Counted from the stretch's first letter, positions 39,578 to 50,933 are shown. The stretch is 64,000 nt of DNA from Thermodesulfovibrionales bacterium (GCA_044450345.1 JBIOIY010000002.1:64001-128000), one strand, 5' to 3'. Made by a program: numbers and translations. Notes: generated by a model not told the origin, from the letters alone.

Positions 39578-40897
39578 ATGTTTGAAAATCTTAGCGAAAA
39601 ATTAGATTCGATCCTGAAAAAATTGAAGGGTAGAGGTCTCCTTAAGGGCCAGGATGTGGAGGCTGCGCTCAAAGAAATCCGCCTCGCCCTGCTCGAAGCT
39701 GACGTAAATTTCAAAGTTGTCAAAGATTTGATCGAAAAAATCAAGTCAAAGGCTGTCGGAAAAGAAGTCCTCGATAGTCTCACTCCAGGGCAGCAGGTAG
39801 TCAAGATAGTTAACGATGAACTCTGCGAACTCCTTGGCAGGTCACAGAGCAAAATTACACTTTCCCCGAACCCTCCCACGGTAATCATGATGATCGGCCT
39901 CCAGGGTTCCGGCAAGACCACCACCGCGGCAAAACTAGCCAGATATTTCAAGAAAGAGGGAAGAAGGCCTTTACTAGCAGCGTGCGACCTCCAGAGACCC
40001 GCTGCCATCGACCAGTTACGAACACTGGGGAAACAGTTGGATGTAGGCGTTTACTCATCCATGGACACAAAAGACCCTGTTCGCGTTGCGCTCGAATCGG
40101 TAAACCGGGCAAAAGTCGACGCAAATGACATTGTGATAATAGATACTGCCGGCAGACTTCACATCGACGAGTCGCTCATGAGCGAGTTGAAAGACATCAA
40201 GGAAAAAGTCGCTCCAAGGGAAACACTCCTTGTTGCGGATTCGATGACCGGACAGGATGCTGTGACGATAGCAAGGCATTTCAATGAACAGATAGGAATT
40301 GACGGCATTATACTCACCAAGATGGATGGAGATGCGAGGGGCGGAGCTGCCCTGTCGATCAGAGCAGTTACGCAGAAGCCGATCAAGTTCATCGGGGTTG
40401 GTGAAAAAATAGATATGCTCGAGCCGTTTTATCCTGATAGGATCGCGTCGAGAATACTTGGAATGGGTGACATGTTGAGTCTTATCGAACAGGCGCAGCA
40501 GTCCTTCGACCAGAAAGAGGCTGAAACTCTTCAGAAAAGGATTCTCGATGATTCATTTACCTTCGACGATTTAAGGGAACAGTTGAAGAAGATCAGAAGT
40601 ATGGGGCCTCTGGAAAGCATATTGGGTATGATACCGGGGTTCAACAAGATGAAGAATGTAAACGTCGACGAAAGGGAATTCGTAAAGATCGAAGCGATAA
40701 TTAATTCCATGACAAAGAAGGAAAAGACGAATCATAACCTTCTGAACGGAAGCAGGAGGAAAAGGATTGCCATCGGCAGCGGAACGAATGTTGCCGACGT
40801 AAACAGGGTCATAAAGCAGTATGTCGAACTGAAGAAAATGCTGAAGATGTTCAAAGGCAAGAAGAACCTTAAACTCCCGAAGATGTTTCCTTTTTAG
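39578..40897 (+). CDS. ffh: Signal recognition particle protein
   Basis: [40 protein letters not shown] domain. Confidence 0.97.
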   Translation: MFENLSEKLDSILKKLKGRGLLKGQDVEAALKEIRLALLEADVNFKVVKDLIEKIKSKAVGKEVLDSLTPGQQVVKIVNDELCELLGRSQSKITLSPNPPTVIMMIGLQGSGKTTTAAKLARYFKKEGRRPLLAACDLQRPAAIDQLRTLGKQLDVGVYSSMDTKDPVRVALESVNRAKVDANDIVIIDTAGRLHIDESLMSELKDIKEKVAPRETLLVADSMTGQDAVTIARHFNEQIGIDGIILTKMDGDARGGAALSIRAVTQKPIKFIGVGEKIDMLEPFYPDRIASRILGMGDMLSLIEQAQQSFDQKEAETLQKRILDDSFTFDDLREQLKKIRSMGPLESILGMIPGFNKMKNVNVDEREFVKIEAIINSMTKKEKTNHNLLNGSRRKRIAIGSGTNVADVNRVIKQYVELKKMLKMFKGKKNLKLPKMFPF

Positions 40898-40958
40898 CGG
40901 ACTTTACTTTACAAACCGCAATATATTAAAATTTCACATATTTTATAGGAGGTGTTTT

Positions 40959-41195
40959 TTGGTAAAAATCAGACTGACGAGATTAGGAGCTCATAAGAAA
41001 CCTTTTTACAGGCTTATCGTGGCAGATTCTAGGGCGAGAAGGGACGGTCCTTTTATCGAGATTCTGGGGACATACGATCCTCTTAAGGAACCCTCGGAAA
41101 TCAAGATAGACTTAGAGAAAGCCAAATATTGGCTGCAGAAAGGGGCACAGGCTACGGACACCGCTAAGAAGCTGATGCAACGGGCTGGCATATAG
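40959..41195 (+). CDS. rpsP: 30S ribosomal protein S16
   Basis: [30 protein letters not shown]. Confidence 0.97.
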   Translation: MVKIRLTRLGAHKKPFYRLIVADSRARRDGPFIEILGTYDPLKEPSEIKIDLEKAKYWLQKGAQATDTAKKLMQRAGI

Positions 41196-41225
41196 GCTGC
41201 CAATTTTTCACACGGAGGTGGACAG

Positions 41226-41456
41226 ATGAAAGAGTTAGTCGAGAGAATGGCGAAGGCATTGGTGGACAAACCTGAAGATGTAGCTGTAAATGAAATCGAC
41301 GGTGAAAAAACTACGGTCTATGAGCTCAAGGTAGCTTCGACTGATCTGGGGAAGGTTATAGGAAAACAAGGAAAGACCGCCCGTGCGATGAGGACCATTC
41401 TCAGTGCTTCGGGTACGAAGATCGGAAAACGCTGCGTACTGGAAATTCTCGAATAA
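41226..41456 (+). CDS. khpA: KH-domain RNA-binding protein
   Basis: [17 protein letters not shown]; conserved position after rpsP. Confidence 0.92.
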   Translation: MKELVERMAKALVDKPEDVAVNEIDGEKTTVYELKVASTDLGKVIGKQGKTARAMRTILSASGTKIGKRCVLEILE

Positions 41457-41986
41457 TTCATCCTAAAGGGCCGGACTTAAACGGTCCACGCTGCACCGCG
41501 TTAGCGAAAATCATAAAAGAATGGGGGATAAAGGGAGAAATGAAGGCCCTCCCCCTCTCCGAACAATTCTCCCTCCTCGGGCCGGATGCGAATGTCAGCC
41601 TGCATGTCAAAAACGATATTCTGCAATGCACGATTAAATCACTGCGGAAGTTGAACAGGCATTTCATCGTGTCATTTCACGAAGTCACGGACAGGGATGT
41701 GGCCGTGCGGTACCGCGGCGCCCTTCTCTCCTCTTCATTCGAGGCGATAGCCTTGCGAGAGGGGGAATTTCTCTATGAGCAGATAATAGGTCTCACGGTA
41801 ATTTCAAGCGATGGGAATGAGATCGGGAAAGTTGTTGATATATTCGATTCCGGAGCGCACGATGTGTATGTGGTAAGAAAGGATGAAAAGGAATATTTAA
41901 TACCGGCAGTAAGAGAATTCATTTGCGATATACAAGTCGCCGAGAAGAAAATTATCGTAAAGGAGATGGAAGGACTTTTCGACTAA
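41453..41986 (+). CDS. rimM: 16S rRNA processing protein RimM (start uncertain)
   Basis: In-frame [16 protein letters not shown] upstream of the first ATG (41540); [26 protein letters not shown] barrel; synteny. Confidence 0.85.
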   Translation: MIHPKGPDLNGPRCTALAKIIKEWGIKGEMKALPLSEQFSLLGPDANVSLHVKNDILQCTIKSLRKLNRHFIVSFHEVTDRDVAVRYRGALLSSSFEAIALREGEFLYEQIIGLTVISSDGNEIGKVVDIFDSGAHDVYVVRKDEKEYLIPAVREFICDIQVAEKKIIVKEMEGLFD

Positions 41987-41987
41987 A

Positions 41988-42719
41988 ATGAAGTTCAGTA
42001 TTGTCACAATTTTTCCTGATATGGTCCAGACTTATTTCAACGCGAGTATTATGAAAAGGGCCGTCGATAGCGGTATCATAAGTGTTGTCGTCCATAACCT
42101 CCGGGATTATACTACGGATAAGCACAAAAGTGTTGACGACTACCCCTATGGCGGCGGGGCCGGCATGGTCATGAAACCGGAACCTTTTTTTAGGATCACG
42201 GAGGACTTATGGCCCCGAAAAGAGAATCGGAGGATCATTCTTCTCGGCCCACAGGGGCGATTGTTCAGTCAGAGGACAGCAGAGGAACTTTCCCGGGAAC
42301 AAAAAGAAATTATTTTTCTCTGTGGCAGGTATGAAGCCATAGATGAGAGGGTTAAGGAACAATTGGCTGATGACGAAATTTCGATCGGCGATTATGTTTT
42401 GACTGGCGGAGAATTGCCCGCATTGGTTATAATAGATGCCGTCGCCAGATTGATGCCGGGTGTGTTGGGAGACAGCCGTTCTTCTGAGGAAGACTCTTTT
42501 ACGTGCGGGCTTCTCGATTATCCTCATTATACGAGGCCGGAGATCTTCAGGGGTATGAAGGTGCCGGACGTACTTCTTTCCGGCAACCACAGCGAGATAA
42601 AGAGGTGGCGGAAAAAACAGTCATTTAAACAGACTTTAGAAAGAAGGCCTGAACTTATCGATGAATATGTTTTGATGCCTGAAGAGAAAGAAATATTAGA
42701 CAAACTCAAGGAGGAATAG
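41988..42719 (+). CDS. trmD: tRNA (guanine37-N1)-methyltransferase
   Basis: [41 protein letters not shown]. Confidence 0.97.
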   Translation: MKFSIVTIFPDMVQTYFNASIMKRAVDSGIISVVVHNLRDYTTDKHKSVDDYPYGGGAGMVMKPEPFFRITEDLWPRKENRRIILLGPQGRLFSQRTAEELSREQKEIIFLCGRYEAIDERVKEQLADDEISIGDYVLTGGELPALVIIDAVARLMPGVLGDSRSSEEDSFTCGLLDYPHYTRPEIFRGMKVPDVLLSGNHSEIKRWRKKQSFKQTLERRPELIDEYVLMPEEKEILDKLKEE

Positions 42720-42721
42720 AA

Positions 42722-43069
42722 ATGAATTTAGTCGCGGCAGTCGAGGAGGGATTCAGGAGAGACCTCGGACAATTTAATATCGGAGACACAGTAAAGGTTT
42801 TTGTTAAGGTCGTAGAAGGAGACAAGGAGAGGATACAGCCTTTCCAGGGTGCCGTTATCGGCAGGAAAGGAAGCGGAACGAGGGCGATGTTTACCGTCAG
42901 GAAGGTTTCCTTCGGTGTGGGGGTGGAGAGAATATTCCCTGTATGTTCCCCGATTGTTGACAGAGTTGAAGTCGTAAAGAGGGGAGACGTGAGAAAGGCG
43001 AAACTTTATTATCTGCGGGGCAAGAAGGGCAAATCTGCAAAGATAAAAGAAAAGGGGTTGTCGGCGTAA
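42722..43069 (+). CDS. rplS: 50S ribosomal protein L19
   Basis: [40 protein letters not shown]. Confidence 0.97.
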   Translation: MNLVAAVEEGFRRDLGQFNIGDTVKVFVKVVEGDKERIQPFQGAVIGRKGSGTRAMFTVRKVSFGVGVERIFPVCSPIVDRVEVVKRGDVRKAKLYYLRGKKGKSAKIKEKGLSA

Positions 43070-43082
43070 TAAGAGCTCTGTT

Positions 43083-43691
43083 ATGGGCATATACCAGCAT
43101 GACGGGTCCTTGAGGCGGCAGGGAAATGCGATCATTGCCGGTATTGACGAAGCGGGAAGAGGACCCATCGCCGGACCTGTAGTAGCCGCTGCAGTTGTCT
43201 TGTGTGACAGTATCCGGATTGAAGGGCTTCGCGATTCAAAAAAAGTCCCGGAAAAGGAGAGAGAGGGCCTTTTTTGGGACGTACTTTGCTCGGCACTGGG
43301 AATCGGGGTCGGAATCGCTGAACACGATGAAATCGACAGACTGAATATCCTTCAGTCCACTAAGTTGGCAATGGCAAGGGCACTGGATGATCTGGGTATG
43401 GTGCCTGATATGCTTGTCATCGATGCAGTTACCCTCCCCTCGGTGCCGATCAGACAGATATCTCCCTTTAAGGCTGAATCTAAAAGCGCCTCTGTTGCGG
43501 CCGCATCGATCATCGCAAAATATGTAAGGGACTCTATTATGCTGCATTATCATGACATCTACCCCCAATACAACTTCAAACGACATAAAGGATATGGTAC
43601 GAAAGAACATCTCAGCCTGATACAGCTTCATGGCCCCTCCCCCATCCATAGAAAATCTTACGCCGGCGTTATGTCCCTTCCCCTTTTCTGA
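43083..43691 (+). CDS. rnhB: Ribonuclease HII
   Basis: GIDEAGRGP.AGPV, DSKK, AAASIIAK, HKGYGT. Confidence 0.95.
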   Translation: MGIYQHDGSLRRQGNAIIAGIDEAGRGPIAGPVVAAAVVLCDSIRIEGLRDSKKVPEKEREGLFWDVLCSALGIGVGIAEHDEIDRLNILQSTKLAMARALDDLGMVPDMLVIDAVTLPSVPIRQISPFKAESKSASVAAASIIAKYVRDSIMLHYHDIYPQYNFKRHKGYGTKEHLSLIQLHGPSPIHRKSYAGVMSLPLF

Positions 43692-43747
43692 ACATCTCAA
43701 ATCTTTCGTTGAAATTATTAATTCAGTACCTATAAAATAAAAAGGCC

Positions 43748-44413
43748 ATGGGAACCATAACCGATAAAGAGAGAATTGACGAGGCGCTGGAACTTATCTG
43801 GGTGTTGGAGGAGGAGGGCCATCGGGATATTGACCGTTTCAACCTCAGCTCCGACGATGCGGATGTCACCGTGCTCTTAGACACACTGAAAGATGAGGGG
43901 TTTATACTCATAGACGGCGGCGCGATCCATCTAACAGAACTGGGACGCAGAATAGCCAGGGGACTTATCAGAAGACAACGCCTGGCAGAGAGGCTTTTCA
44001 CGGATGTGTTTGAGATGCCGGAGAACACCGTGCTCGACGATGCATGCAAAATGGAACATATCCTAAGTGAAGAGCTTACGGAAAGTGTATGCATCTTCCT
44101 GGGCCATCCCCCCACATGCCCTCACGGAAAACCGATTCCTAGAGGGGAGTGCTGCAAGAAGCTGAAGGTGGGGGTGACGCCGGTTGTGACCAGGCTGTCG
44201 GAATTCGAGGTCGGTGCAATTGGGAAGATCACCTTTATCGTTCCTTCAGACCCCTCCAGGCTGAGCAAGCTCAATTCCCTGGGCATTTCTGCCGGAAGCG
44301 TCATTAAATTTATCCAGAAAGTGCCTTCGTGCGTTCTTCAAATCGACGAAACGACCGTCGCGATTGATCCCGAAATAGCCAGGGAGATATACCTGAAGAA
44401 AGTGCTCAAATAG
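43748..44413 (+). CDS. DtxR/MntR-family metal-dependent regulator with C-terminal FeoA domain
   Basis: RLAERLF, DACKMEHILS, HPPTCPHGKPIP, FeoA-like C-terminus. Confidence 0.88.
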   Translation: MGTITDKERIDEALELIWVLEEEGHRDIDRFNLSSDDADVTVLLDTLKDEGFILIDGGAIHLTELGRRIARGLIRRQRLAERLFTDVFEMPENTVLDDACKMEHILSEELTESVCIFLGHPPTCPHGKPIPRGECCKKLKVGVTPVVTRLSEFEVGAIGKITFIVPSDPSRLSKLNSLGISAGSVIKFIQKVPSCVLQIDETTVAIDPEIAREIYLKKVLK

Positions 44414-44479
44414 CCAATATTCCGGTGAAGCATTTTTTGCTTGTCAATGCATTCGCTTTTTTTGTATGTTTAATACGGC

Positions 44480-44926
44480 ATGCAGAAAATGATATCGGCC
44501 GATGAATATTTCATGAAGGGCATTCAGCTCTTAGGGGAAGCAAATCTCCTGGGTGCTCTTGCCTGTTTTGAGAGGGCCCATATCCAGGAAACGTCACCAT
44601 TAATCCAATCCTATCTGGGCTACTGTATCGCGACGGAGAGGGGCCAGATCGCCGAGGCATTAAACCTCTGCCGGGCCGCCATCGAAAGAGATCCTCACAA
44701 CCCCGAACATTATCTAAACCTCGGAAGGGTCTACCTGAAGGCGAAAAAAAAGGACGAGGCGATAGCAGAGTTGAGAAGGGGCCTGTCGTTCGGCAATAAT
44801 CAGGATATAAAGGCGCTCCTGGAGGGCCTCGGCCTCCGAAAGAATCCCGTCTTCTCCTTCCTGTCGAGGGACCATGTTCTGAACAAATCCATCGGTCTTA
44901 TCCTCTCTCGTCTCAGACTGCGATAG
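44480..44926 (+). CDS. Tetratricopeptide-repeat protein
   Basis: TPR-like helices (SYLGYC, AIERDPHNPEHYLNLGRVY). Confidence 0.8.
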   Translation: MQKMISADEYFMKGIQLLGEANLLGALACFERAHIQETSPLIQSYLGYCIATERGQIAEALNLCRAAIERDPHNPEHYLNLGRVYLKAKKKDEAIAELRRGLSFGNNQDIKALLEGLGLRKNPVFSFLSRDHVLNKSIGLILSRLRLR

Positions 44927-44980
44927 TCGCTTCACCATAAACCCTTTGCACCGTCTTCATACACGAACCTGTCAGACGCC

Positions 44981-45793
44981 TTACTTGATGTCTCTATTGT
45001 TCCCGATATCGAATCTTTCCCTCATTTCATCCCCGATGAGATTGAAACAAAGAGCCGTTACCGCTATCATAATACCCGGCGAAAGAACCATCCAGGGAGC
45101 CGAGTTTATATAGGCGCGGTTCGAGCTTATCATGGAACCCCAGGTCGCAGTGGGTGGTTGTGCCCCGAGGCCGAGGAAACTCAGCGCCGATTCAGTCAGA
45201 ATATAGCCTCCGAGTTTCATGCCGATCATCACCAGTGCAAGAGGGACGCACTGAGGGAAAAGGTGCACAAATACGATCCTCAAGTCACCGCACCCGACGG
45301 CCCTTGCCGCCTCAACGAAGGAAGATTCTTTAAGAGACAGCACCTGTCCTCTCATGAGCCTGGCAAATGACGCCCATCCTACAGCAGACAATGCGATCAT
45401 GACCGTATAAATGCCTGGAGGGAATAATACAGAGACGCCGATTGCGAGAAGAAGCGAGGGGAAAGCAAGAATCAGATCCACAAGCGCCATAAAAATCGTA
45501 TCTGCCTTACCGCCGATATAACCGGACATGAGGCCCACGAAGAGCCCTATGCCCATAGATAAGAGTGCAGCAACGACAGAAACAGCAATCGAAATCCGCC
45601 CGCCATACAGCACCCTTGTAAAGATATCCCTTCCTTTGTTGTCCGTTCCCATGAGGTGTTGCAGAGAAGGAGGCTGGCGGAGACTGTCGAGATCTATGGC
45701 ATTAGGAGAATAACGCGTAAGAGCGGGGGAGATCACCGACAGAATAGCTATACAGAGAAAGATGCAGGCCGATATTCTACCGATCAGTCCCAT
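44981..45793 (-). CDS. Peptide/nickel ABC transporter permease (DppC-like)
   Basis: HLMGTDNKGRD, FVEAARAVG EAA loop, LSFLGLG. Confidence 0.92.
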   Translation of the reverse strand: MGLIGRISACIFLCIAILSVISPALTRYSPNAIDLDSLRQPPSLQHLMGTDNKGRDIFTRVLYGGRISIAVSVVAALLSMGIGLFVGLMSGYIGGKADTIFMALVDLILAFPSLLLAIGVSVLFPPGIYTVMIALSAVGWASFARLMRGQVLSLKESSFVEAARAVGCGDLRIVFVHLFPQCVPLALVMIGMKLGGYILTESALSFLGLGAQPPTATWGSMISSNRAYINSAPWMVLSPGIMIAVTALCFNLIGDEMRERFDIGNNRDIK

Positions 45794-46709
45794 CTATCCT
45801 CACCCGGGGGTCTACGTAATGATACATGACGTCGACAAACAGATTGATCAAGACGAAGAGTATGGTCCCCACAATAATGCATCCCATTATCACCGGATAA
45901 TCCCTCTTTACAATGCCCTCCATCATAAATCTTCCGAGACCGTCCCACCCGAAAATAGTCTCGGTAAGCACAGCCCCATTAAGGTAACTACCGAAATCCA
46001 GACCTATCACGGTTACGACAGGTATCATGGCGTTCTTCATAACGTGAAGGGCATTGATACGGCTTTCCTTTATTCCCTTCGCCCTCGCAGTCCTGATGAA
46101 CGGCATTGTCACAACGTCCAGGACCGACACACGCGTTACCCTGGCTATGGTGGATAACGCGGGGAGCGCAAGCGTCAGGGAAGGAAGCAACATATATCGC
46201 AGTCCCCCTGTGCCGGATGGAGGGAGGACTCTAAGTCTGAGACTGAAAAAGAGCATAATCAGTAGCCCGCTCCAAAACACGGGGACGCTGAGAAACAAAA
46301 TACTTGCTACAGAGATAAGCCGGTCTGCTATGCCACCCTTCTTGAGCGCCGAGAAGAGACCCAGTAATATGCCGGGAGGCACGGCAATGACCATCGCCCC
46401 TGCCGCCAGCGCGAGTGTATTAGGGAATTTGGACTTTATATCATCAAACACCTTCCTGTTTGTAAAGTAGGACCTCCCCATTTCTCCCTTTATCAAGAGC
46501 GAGACATATCCTACGTACTGTCTGACTGTCCCTTTATCGGCACCTATTTCTTTCCTTATCTTTTCTATGATCTCCGGACTGCTTCTTTCCCCTACCAGGG
46601 TATAGACAGGGTCTCCGGGGAGTGCCTTTGTCAGAGCAAAGGTGATCAGGGTAATCCCCAGCAACAGCGGGATTAGAAGCGCTATCTTCTTTATGATATA
46701 GGAACTCAA
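45777..46709 (-). CDS. Peptide/nickel ABC transporter permease (DppB-like)
   Basis: LPGDP, TARAKG, ETIFGWDGLG, RDYPVI, DPRVR. Confidence 0.92.
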   Translation of the reverse strand: MSSYIIKKIALLIPLLLGITLITFALTKALPGDPVYTLVGERSSPEIIEKIRKEIGADKGTVRQYVGYVSLLIKGEMGRSYFTNRKVFDDIKSKFPNTLALAAGAMVIAVPPGILLGLFSALKKGGIADRLISVASILFLSVPVFWSGLLIMLFFSLRLRVLPPSGTGGLRYMLLPSLTLALPALSTIARVTRVSVLDVVTMPFIRTARAKGIKESRINALHVMKNAMIPVVTVIGLDFGSYLNGAVLTETIFGWDGLGRFMMEGIVKRDYPVIMGCIIVGTILFVLINLFVDVMYHYVDPRVRIDGTDR

Positions 46710-48286
46710 AAAGAGACCTCCAATCCCTTATCCATACTGTAGATAGGGTATATCCTGTAGTTCTTCACGTATGGCTGCCGAAGGGTGAAGTCCGTTTTAT
46801 GCCAGAAAAAAACCCAGGGAGATTCTTCTGCAATAATATTCTCCGCAATGCCGTAATAACGGTTTCGTTCAGATGGGACGATCGAACCCTGTCCCGCCTC
46901 AATAAGCCTGTCCACCTCCTTGTTTGTATATCTCGCCCTATTGCCGCTTGCGCCGTGGTTGGCCGAGTGAAAGAGCGGGAACAGGAAATTCTCTGGGTCA
47001 GGATAATCCGCCCACCAGCTTATCCAAAAGAGATCTGCATCGCCTCTGTTTATGGCGGATTTATAAGCGCTCCATTCAAGCTGCTTGATATGCACGTCGA
47101 GCCCCGCCTTTTCAAGGAAGGACTGAATTATCTCGGCTATGTCCACCATTTCCTGATCGGGAGTGATGTAGAAATTTACAACTCTGTTCGATGCGCCCTC
47201 TCTTTGAATGATCTTTCTTGCTCTTGCCGGGTCATATTCGCCGGTGACACACAAGTTCCATTTTCTGAGAAGATCAGGCACAGGTCCCTCCGAGAGTCGC
47301 CCCCTTCCTTCATAAAAAGTTTCCAGGACCTTCTTTCTATCTATAGAACTGGAAACAGCCTTCCTGAGATTAATATTATTGAAGGGAGGTCTCGAACAAT
47401 TGAAACCCAGATAATAAGTATTCAGACCCTTGACGGACGAAATCAGGTCCCTCCATTTTGGAGACCTCTTGTACCTGGAGTATTCATACGCAGGAATCGC
47501 TATTACATCGAGATTCCCGAGTTCAAACTCAGTCACTGTCGTGAGGTCTTCGGGAATAATCCTGTATAGTATCCCTCCAATGCGTGCCCGGCCGTTAAAA
47601 TATCCCTCATTCCTTTCCAGTACGAGCTGGTTGTTGTGCTCCCATTTCTTCAAGATGAAAGGACCGCTTCCGGACGGATGGGTCGCGTAATCGACACCCC
47701 ATCTTTTCACTTCCTCTTCGGGCACTATGTAGGCGGCAGTCATCGTAAGGAGATTCAGGAAAGGCGAAAAGGCATTTACCAGTCTTATCTTTAGGGTATA
47801 TCTGTCCTTTACTTCGATTCCCTCCACGTCAGCAGCCTTCCCGCTCATATACTCCTTCGCACCGAGTATCTTGTCCAAAACCCAGGAGTTCGGAGACTTT
47901 CCATGGGGATCGAGTATCCTCTTGAAAGAATATTGCACGTCATACGCGGTGACTTCCCGTTTATTGGCAAATCTGACTCCATGTCTGAGAAAAAAAAGGT
48001 AGGCAGTGCCTTTGTCACTGATCTTCCATTTTTCGGCTAAATCAGGAATCACGTCCAGGTTCTCGTCAAGTCTCACCAGACCGTTGAAGAGCTTGGCGGC
48101 GATTACTCCGCCGGTCACGTCTACGATAAGTGCCGGATCGAGGGTCGTTGGATTGTAATTCAGCCTGTAGTGGATGAAGCCGTCCGTCCTGTTCCGGGAC
48201 GAACATGCAGGGAAATACAGAAATAGGCATAAAAGACAAAAGGCGCCTAGGATCCTTTTACTATTCTTGCTAAAGATATCTCGCAC
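46706..48286 (-). CDS. Peptide/nickel ABC transporter substrate-binding protein (family 5)
   Basis: TLDP, LFNGLV..D, PDLAEKW, LRHGVRF, GSGPF, WWADYPDP. Confidence 0.92.
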   Translation of the reverse strand: MRDIFSKNSKRILGAFCLLCLFLYFPACSSRNRTDGFIHYRLNYNPTTLDPALIVDVTGGVIAAKLFNGLVRLDENLDVIPDLAEKWKISDKGTAYLFFLRHGVRFANKREVTAYDVQYSFKRILDPHGKSPNSWVLDKILGAKEYMSGKAADVEGIEVKDRYTLKIRLVNAFSPFLNLLTMTAAYIVPEEEVKRWGVDYATHPSGSGPFILKKWEHNNQLVLERNEGYFNGRARIGGILYRIIPEDLTTVTEFELGNLDVIAIPAYEYSRYKRSPKWRDLISSVKGLNTYYLGFNCSRPPFNNINLRKAVSSSIDRKKVLETFYEGRGRLSEGPVPDLLRKWNLCVTGEYDPARARKIIQREGASNRVVNFYITPDQEMVDIAEIIQSFLEKAGLDVHIKQLEWSAYKSAINRGDADLFWISWWADYPDPENFLFPLFHSANHGASGNRARYTNKEVDRLIEAGQGSIVPSERNRYYGIAENIIAEESPWVFFWHKTDFTLRQPYVKNYRIYPIYSMDKGLEVSF

Positions 48287-48321
48287 GAATAATTATAATA
48301 CATCCGTTGCTATCAGGGCAT

Positions 48322-49374
48322 TCACTGCGCGGCGATACCGTCTTCTGTACGCCGGAAGATTTCAAACACAGAGATAAAGACGGCGGTTATGAGAGGCCCC
48401 ATAATCAGGCCGATCACACCGAACAGCTTTATTCCGCCCAGTACGCTGAACAATATTACGATCGTCGGCATCTTGGTCCTGCTCCCGATTATCAAGGGCT
48501 TAAGAATATTATCGACCATGCTGATAACAAAGACACCGAAGAGGAGAAGACCGATTCCCTGGGTGTAATTATGCTCGATTATAAGATACAGGGAAGTGGG
48601 GCCCCAGATCGCAAAAGTACCGAGCAGCGGAACAAACGACATCACGGACATGGCCATCCCCCACATGACCGGGGCCTCGATGCCCATGAACGCATATGCG
48701 ATACCCCCGAGGATACCCTGTATAATTGCAACTATTACCCCGCCGTATACTGTCGATACTATCATGTCTTTAATCTGTCCCGCAATTCTCTCTTTCTGCA
48801 CTTCGTTGAAAGGCATGTAATCTTTCGTCTTCGAGAGAAGACCCGGGCCGTCTTTGAACAAAAAGAACGTGGTAAAGAGGACAAAGATGAAATCTATCCC
48901 CGCCGCCAATATGTTGGGGATCCTCATCGAGAATTCCGAGAGCAGACCCTTCCCTACTTTTTTTACGTTTTCCAGGATAACCTCCTCCGAAATCAGGTCG
49001 GACGCGCCGCTATAGGACCTTATTTTTTCAAATAGGGCTGAAGAATATAATTTTTTGACGATCAAACTCAGTGACCCGACATTAGCATCGTTGATCTTAG
49101 CAGCGACGATCTGCACTTCGTCGATCAGCATCAGCGTAAGATAGGTAATCGGACCGATAAGGACGATAAGTATCAAGATGACCGTCATTCCGGCGGCTAT
49201 CCCCCTGATTCTGACATGACGCGAAATAAACGCAAAGACAGGGTAAAAGATGATAGAAACTACGATGGACCATGCTATGGCGGTAAAAAAGGGACTCATA
49301 ATCTCATAGGTAAGGTACCCCAGCGCTCCAAGAAGAAACAGCAGGGTAAGGACATAAAACCTATCTTTAAACAC
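48322..49374 (-). CDS. AI-2E (PerM) family transporter
   Basis: Multi-TM protein; DNILKPLIIG, GGIKLFG..GLIMGP. Confidence 0.88.
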   Translation of the reverse strand: MFKDRFYVLTLLFLLGALGYLTYEIMSPFFTAIAWSIVVSIIFYPVFAFISRHVRIRGIAAGMTVILILIVLIGPITYLTLMLIDEVQIVAAKINDANVGSLSLIVKKLYSSALFEKIRSYSGASDLISEEVILENVKKVGKGLLSEFSMRIPNILAAGIDFIFVLFTTFFLFKDGPGLLSKTKDYMPFNEVQKERIAGQIKDMIVSTVYGGVIVAIIQGILGGIAYAFMGIEAPVMWGMAMSVMSFVPLLGTFAIWGPTSLYLIIEHNYTQGIGLLLFGVFVISMVDNILKPLIIGSRTKMPTIVILFSVLGGIKLFGVIGLIMGPLITAVFISVFEIFRRTEDGIAAQ

Positions 49375-50035
49375 GGCAAGCCCCTACAAAGTGACTGAAC
49401 AGTTGTCTTGACAAAGAGTCCTCCATCCTCTCGGGGTGCCACTGGACACCGACAAGAAAGCGATATCCTTCTCCATAAAATGCCTCGATTATGCCGTCAT
49501 CTGCCCATGCAAAAGGTTTCAGGCAGTCTCCCCCCTTTTTTACCGCCTGATGATGGCTGCTGTTGACTTGACTCCCGTGCACTCGTACAAAAGGGTTAGG
49601 CTCTATACTTATGCCATGCACTCCCCGCACATGATCCAGAGATCCCGGAACCTGCAAATGAATATCCTGATAAAGGCTGCCCTGAAAAAAAACATTCATC
49701 AATTGCATCCCGTAACATATACCGAGAACAGGTTTCTTCCGTCCCATTATCTCACGCAGCAGAGAAAATTCAAAATCAATTCTCACAGACTCTTCAGGCA
49801 CAATATGACATAAGGGGCCTTCGCCATATAACGATGCTGGCAGGTCTTTGCCCCCGGGGATAATCAAACCGTCATAACAGACTGCAAGACCACTCACTCT
49901 TCTTTGCGGAGCCACAAAGACCGCATCTCCCCCTGAATTCTCTACAGCAGTCCTATACCGCTCGCGTTCAAGAGGAAAGCTGGCATCAGTTCCGCAGGTT
50001 ATCGCTATGAGAGGTGTGTGGCCGGCCTTTTTCAC
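49367..50035 (-). CDS. Peptidase C26 / gamma-glutamyl-gamma-aminobutyrate hydrolase-like glutamine amidotransferase
   Basis: PGGKD, LGICYGMQ, NSSHHQAV, GVQWHPE. Confidence 0.9.
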   Translation of the reverse strand: MKKAGHTPLIAITCGTDASFPLERERYRTAVENSGGDAVFVAPQRRVSGLAVCYDGLIIPGGKDLPASLYGEGPLCHIVPEESVRIDFEFSLLREIMGRKKPVLGICYGMQLMNVFFQGSLYQDIHLQVPGSLDHVRGVHGISIEPNPFVRVHGSQVNSSHHQAVKKGGDCLKPFAWADDGIIEAFYGEGYRFLVGVQWHPERMEDSLSRQLFSHFVGACRV

Positions 50036-50167
50036 GCGGACGATATGATTTCAACAGCCGCATTTTCGCGGGAACTATAATTCTTCAATATGATCTCGGC
50101 TTGCGGGTCTTGGTTCAAGACAGCTCACATCGCCCTTCGACAATAGGGATAAAGACAATTCAGGGCT

Positions 50168-50779
50168 TCAGACGCTGCCTGCGCTCAGGTCGCTCATTAC
50201 CACAATGTCCTCTTCAGTCCGTTCCAAACTCTCACAAGTTTTCCCCATATCCTGAAGAAGATGACTCTTTTTTATGCTGAGTTTTCTGTCCGTAATTACC
50301 GCCTTTAGTGCCATAAGGCCGATATTAATCTTCTCTCCGTTTCTATTAAACGATAAAGTAGTCTTGGTCGCCTGATCTTCCGTCGTATAGTATGCCTCCA
50401 TCTTCTTCTTAAAGGTCCTCGCCGCTTCCCTGAAATGCTTGATCATGTTTTTCGTCTCGCACATGATCACAAAGTCGTGGGTACTCATCGTACCGACGAA
50501 GCATTTACCGCATTTTTCACAAGTAGTTTTAAGAATGGCAGCGGCCCACTGTATTATCTCAGCATGCCTGTCGGGACCGTACTTTATCAGATAGGGATGG
50601 ATATTGGCGATCCTTACATAGGCGACCGAGTATCTGCCTATGTCAGGATAGATCTCTTCCAGCCTCTTTATGATCGCAACTTTATCGGGCAGACCGGTCA
50701 GGAAATCCGGCCACAAGTATGGATTTTCCTGTCTTTTATGTAGATCCTGAATGTACTTTTTCGCCTCTGATATTCCCAT
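50168..50779 (-). CDS. Degenerate GGDEF-like domain protein
   Basis: DFLTGLP N-terminal motif, YG-containing helix, STHDF in place of GGDEF. Confidence 0.6.
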   Translation of the reverse strand: MGISEAKKYIQDLHKRQENPYLWPDFLTGLPDKVAIIKRLEEIYPDIGRYSVAYVRIANIHPYLIKYGPDRHAEIIQWAAAILKTTCEKCGKCFVGTMSTHDFVIMCETKNMIKHFREAARTFKKKMEAYYTTEDQATKTTLSFNRNGEKINIGLMALKAVITDRKLSIKKSHLLQDMGKTCESLERTEEDIVVMSDLSAGSV

Positions 50780-50901
50780 CTAAGGCTCCCTCTCTATTAA
50801 ACCCGGCTCATGTACTTGAAATTCACTTATAATTCAGTATTTCAATTCGGAATGTCAACTTTAAGTTATAATTATCAAGTAATCGTGCCGCAGATCATAT
50901 A

Positions 50902-50933
50902 ATAAAAAGGGGCAGAATTCTGCCCCCTTTTAT
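50902..50933. terminator. Intrinsic terminator downstream of ppdK, possibly bidirectional
   Basis: ATAAAAAGGGGCAGAATTCTGCCCCCTTTTAT near-perfect inverted repeat with A/T tracts. Confidence 0.75.
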
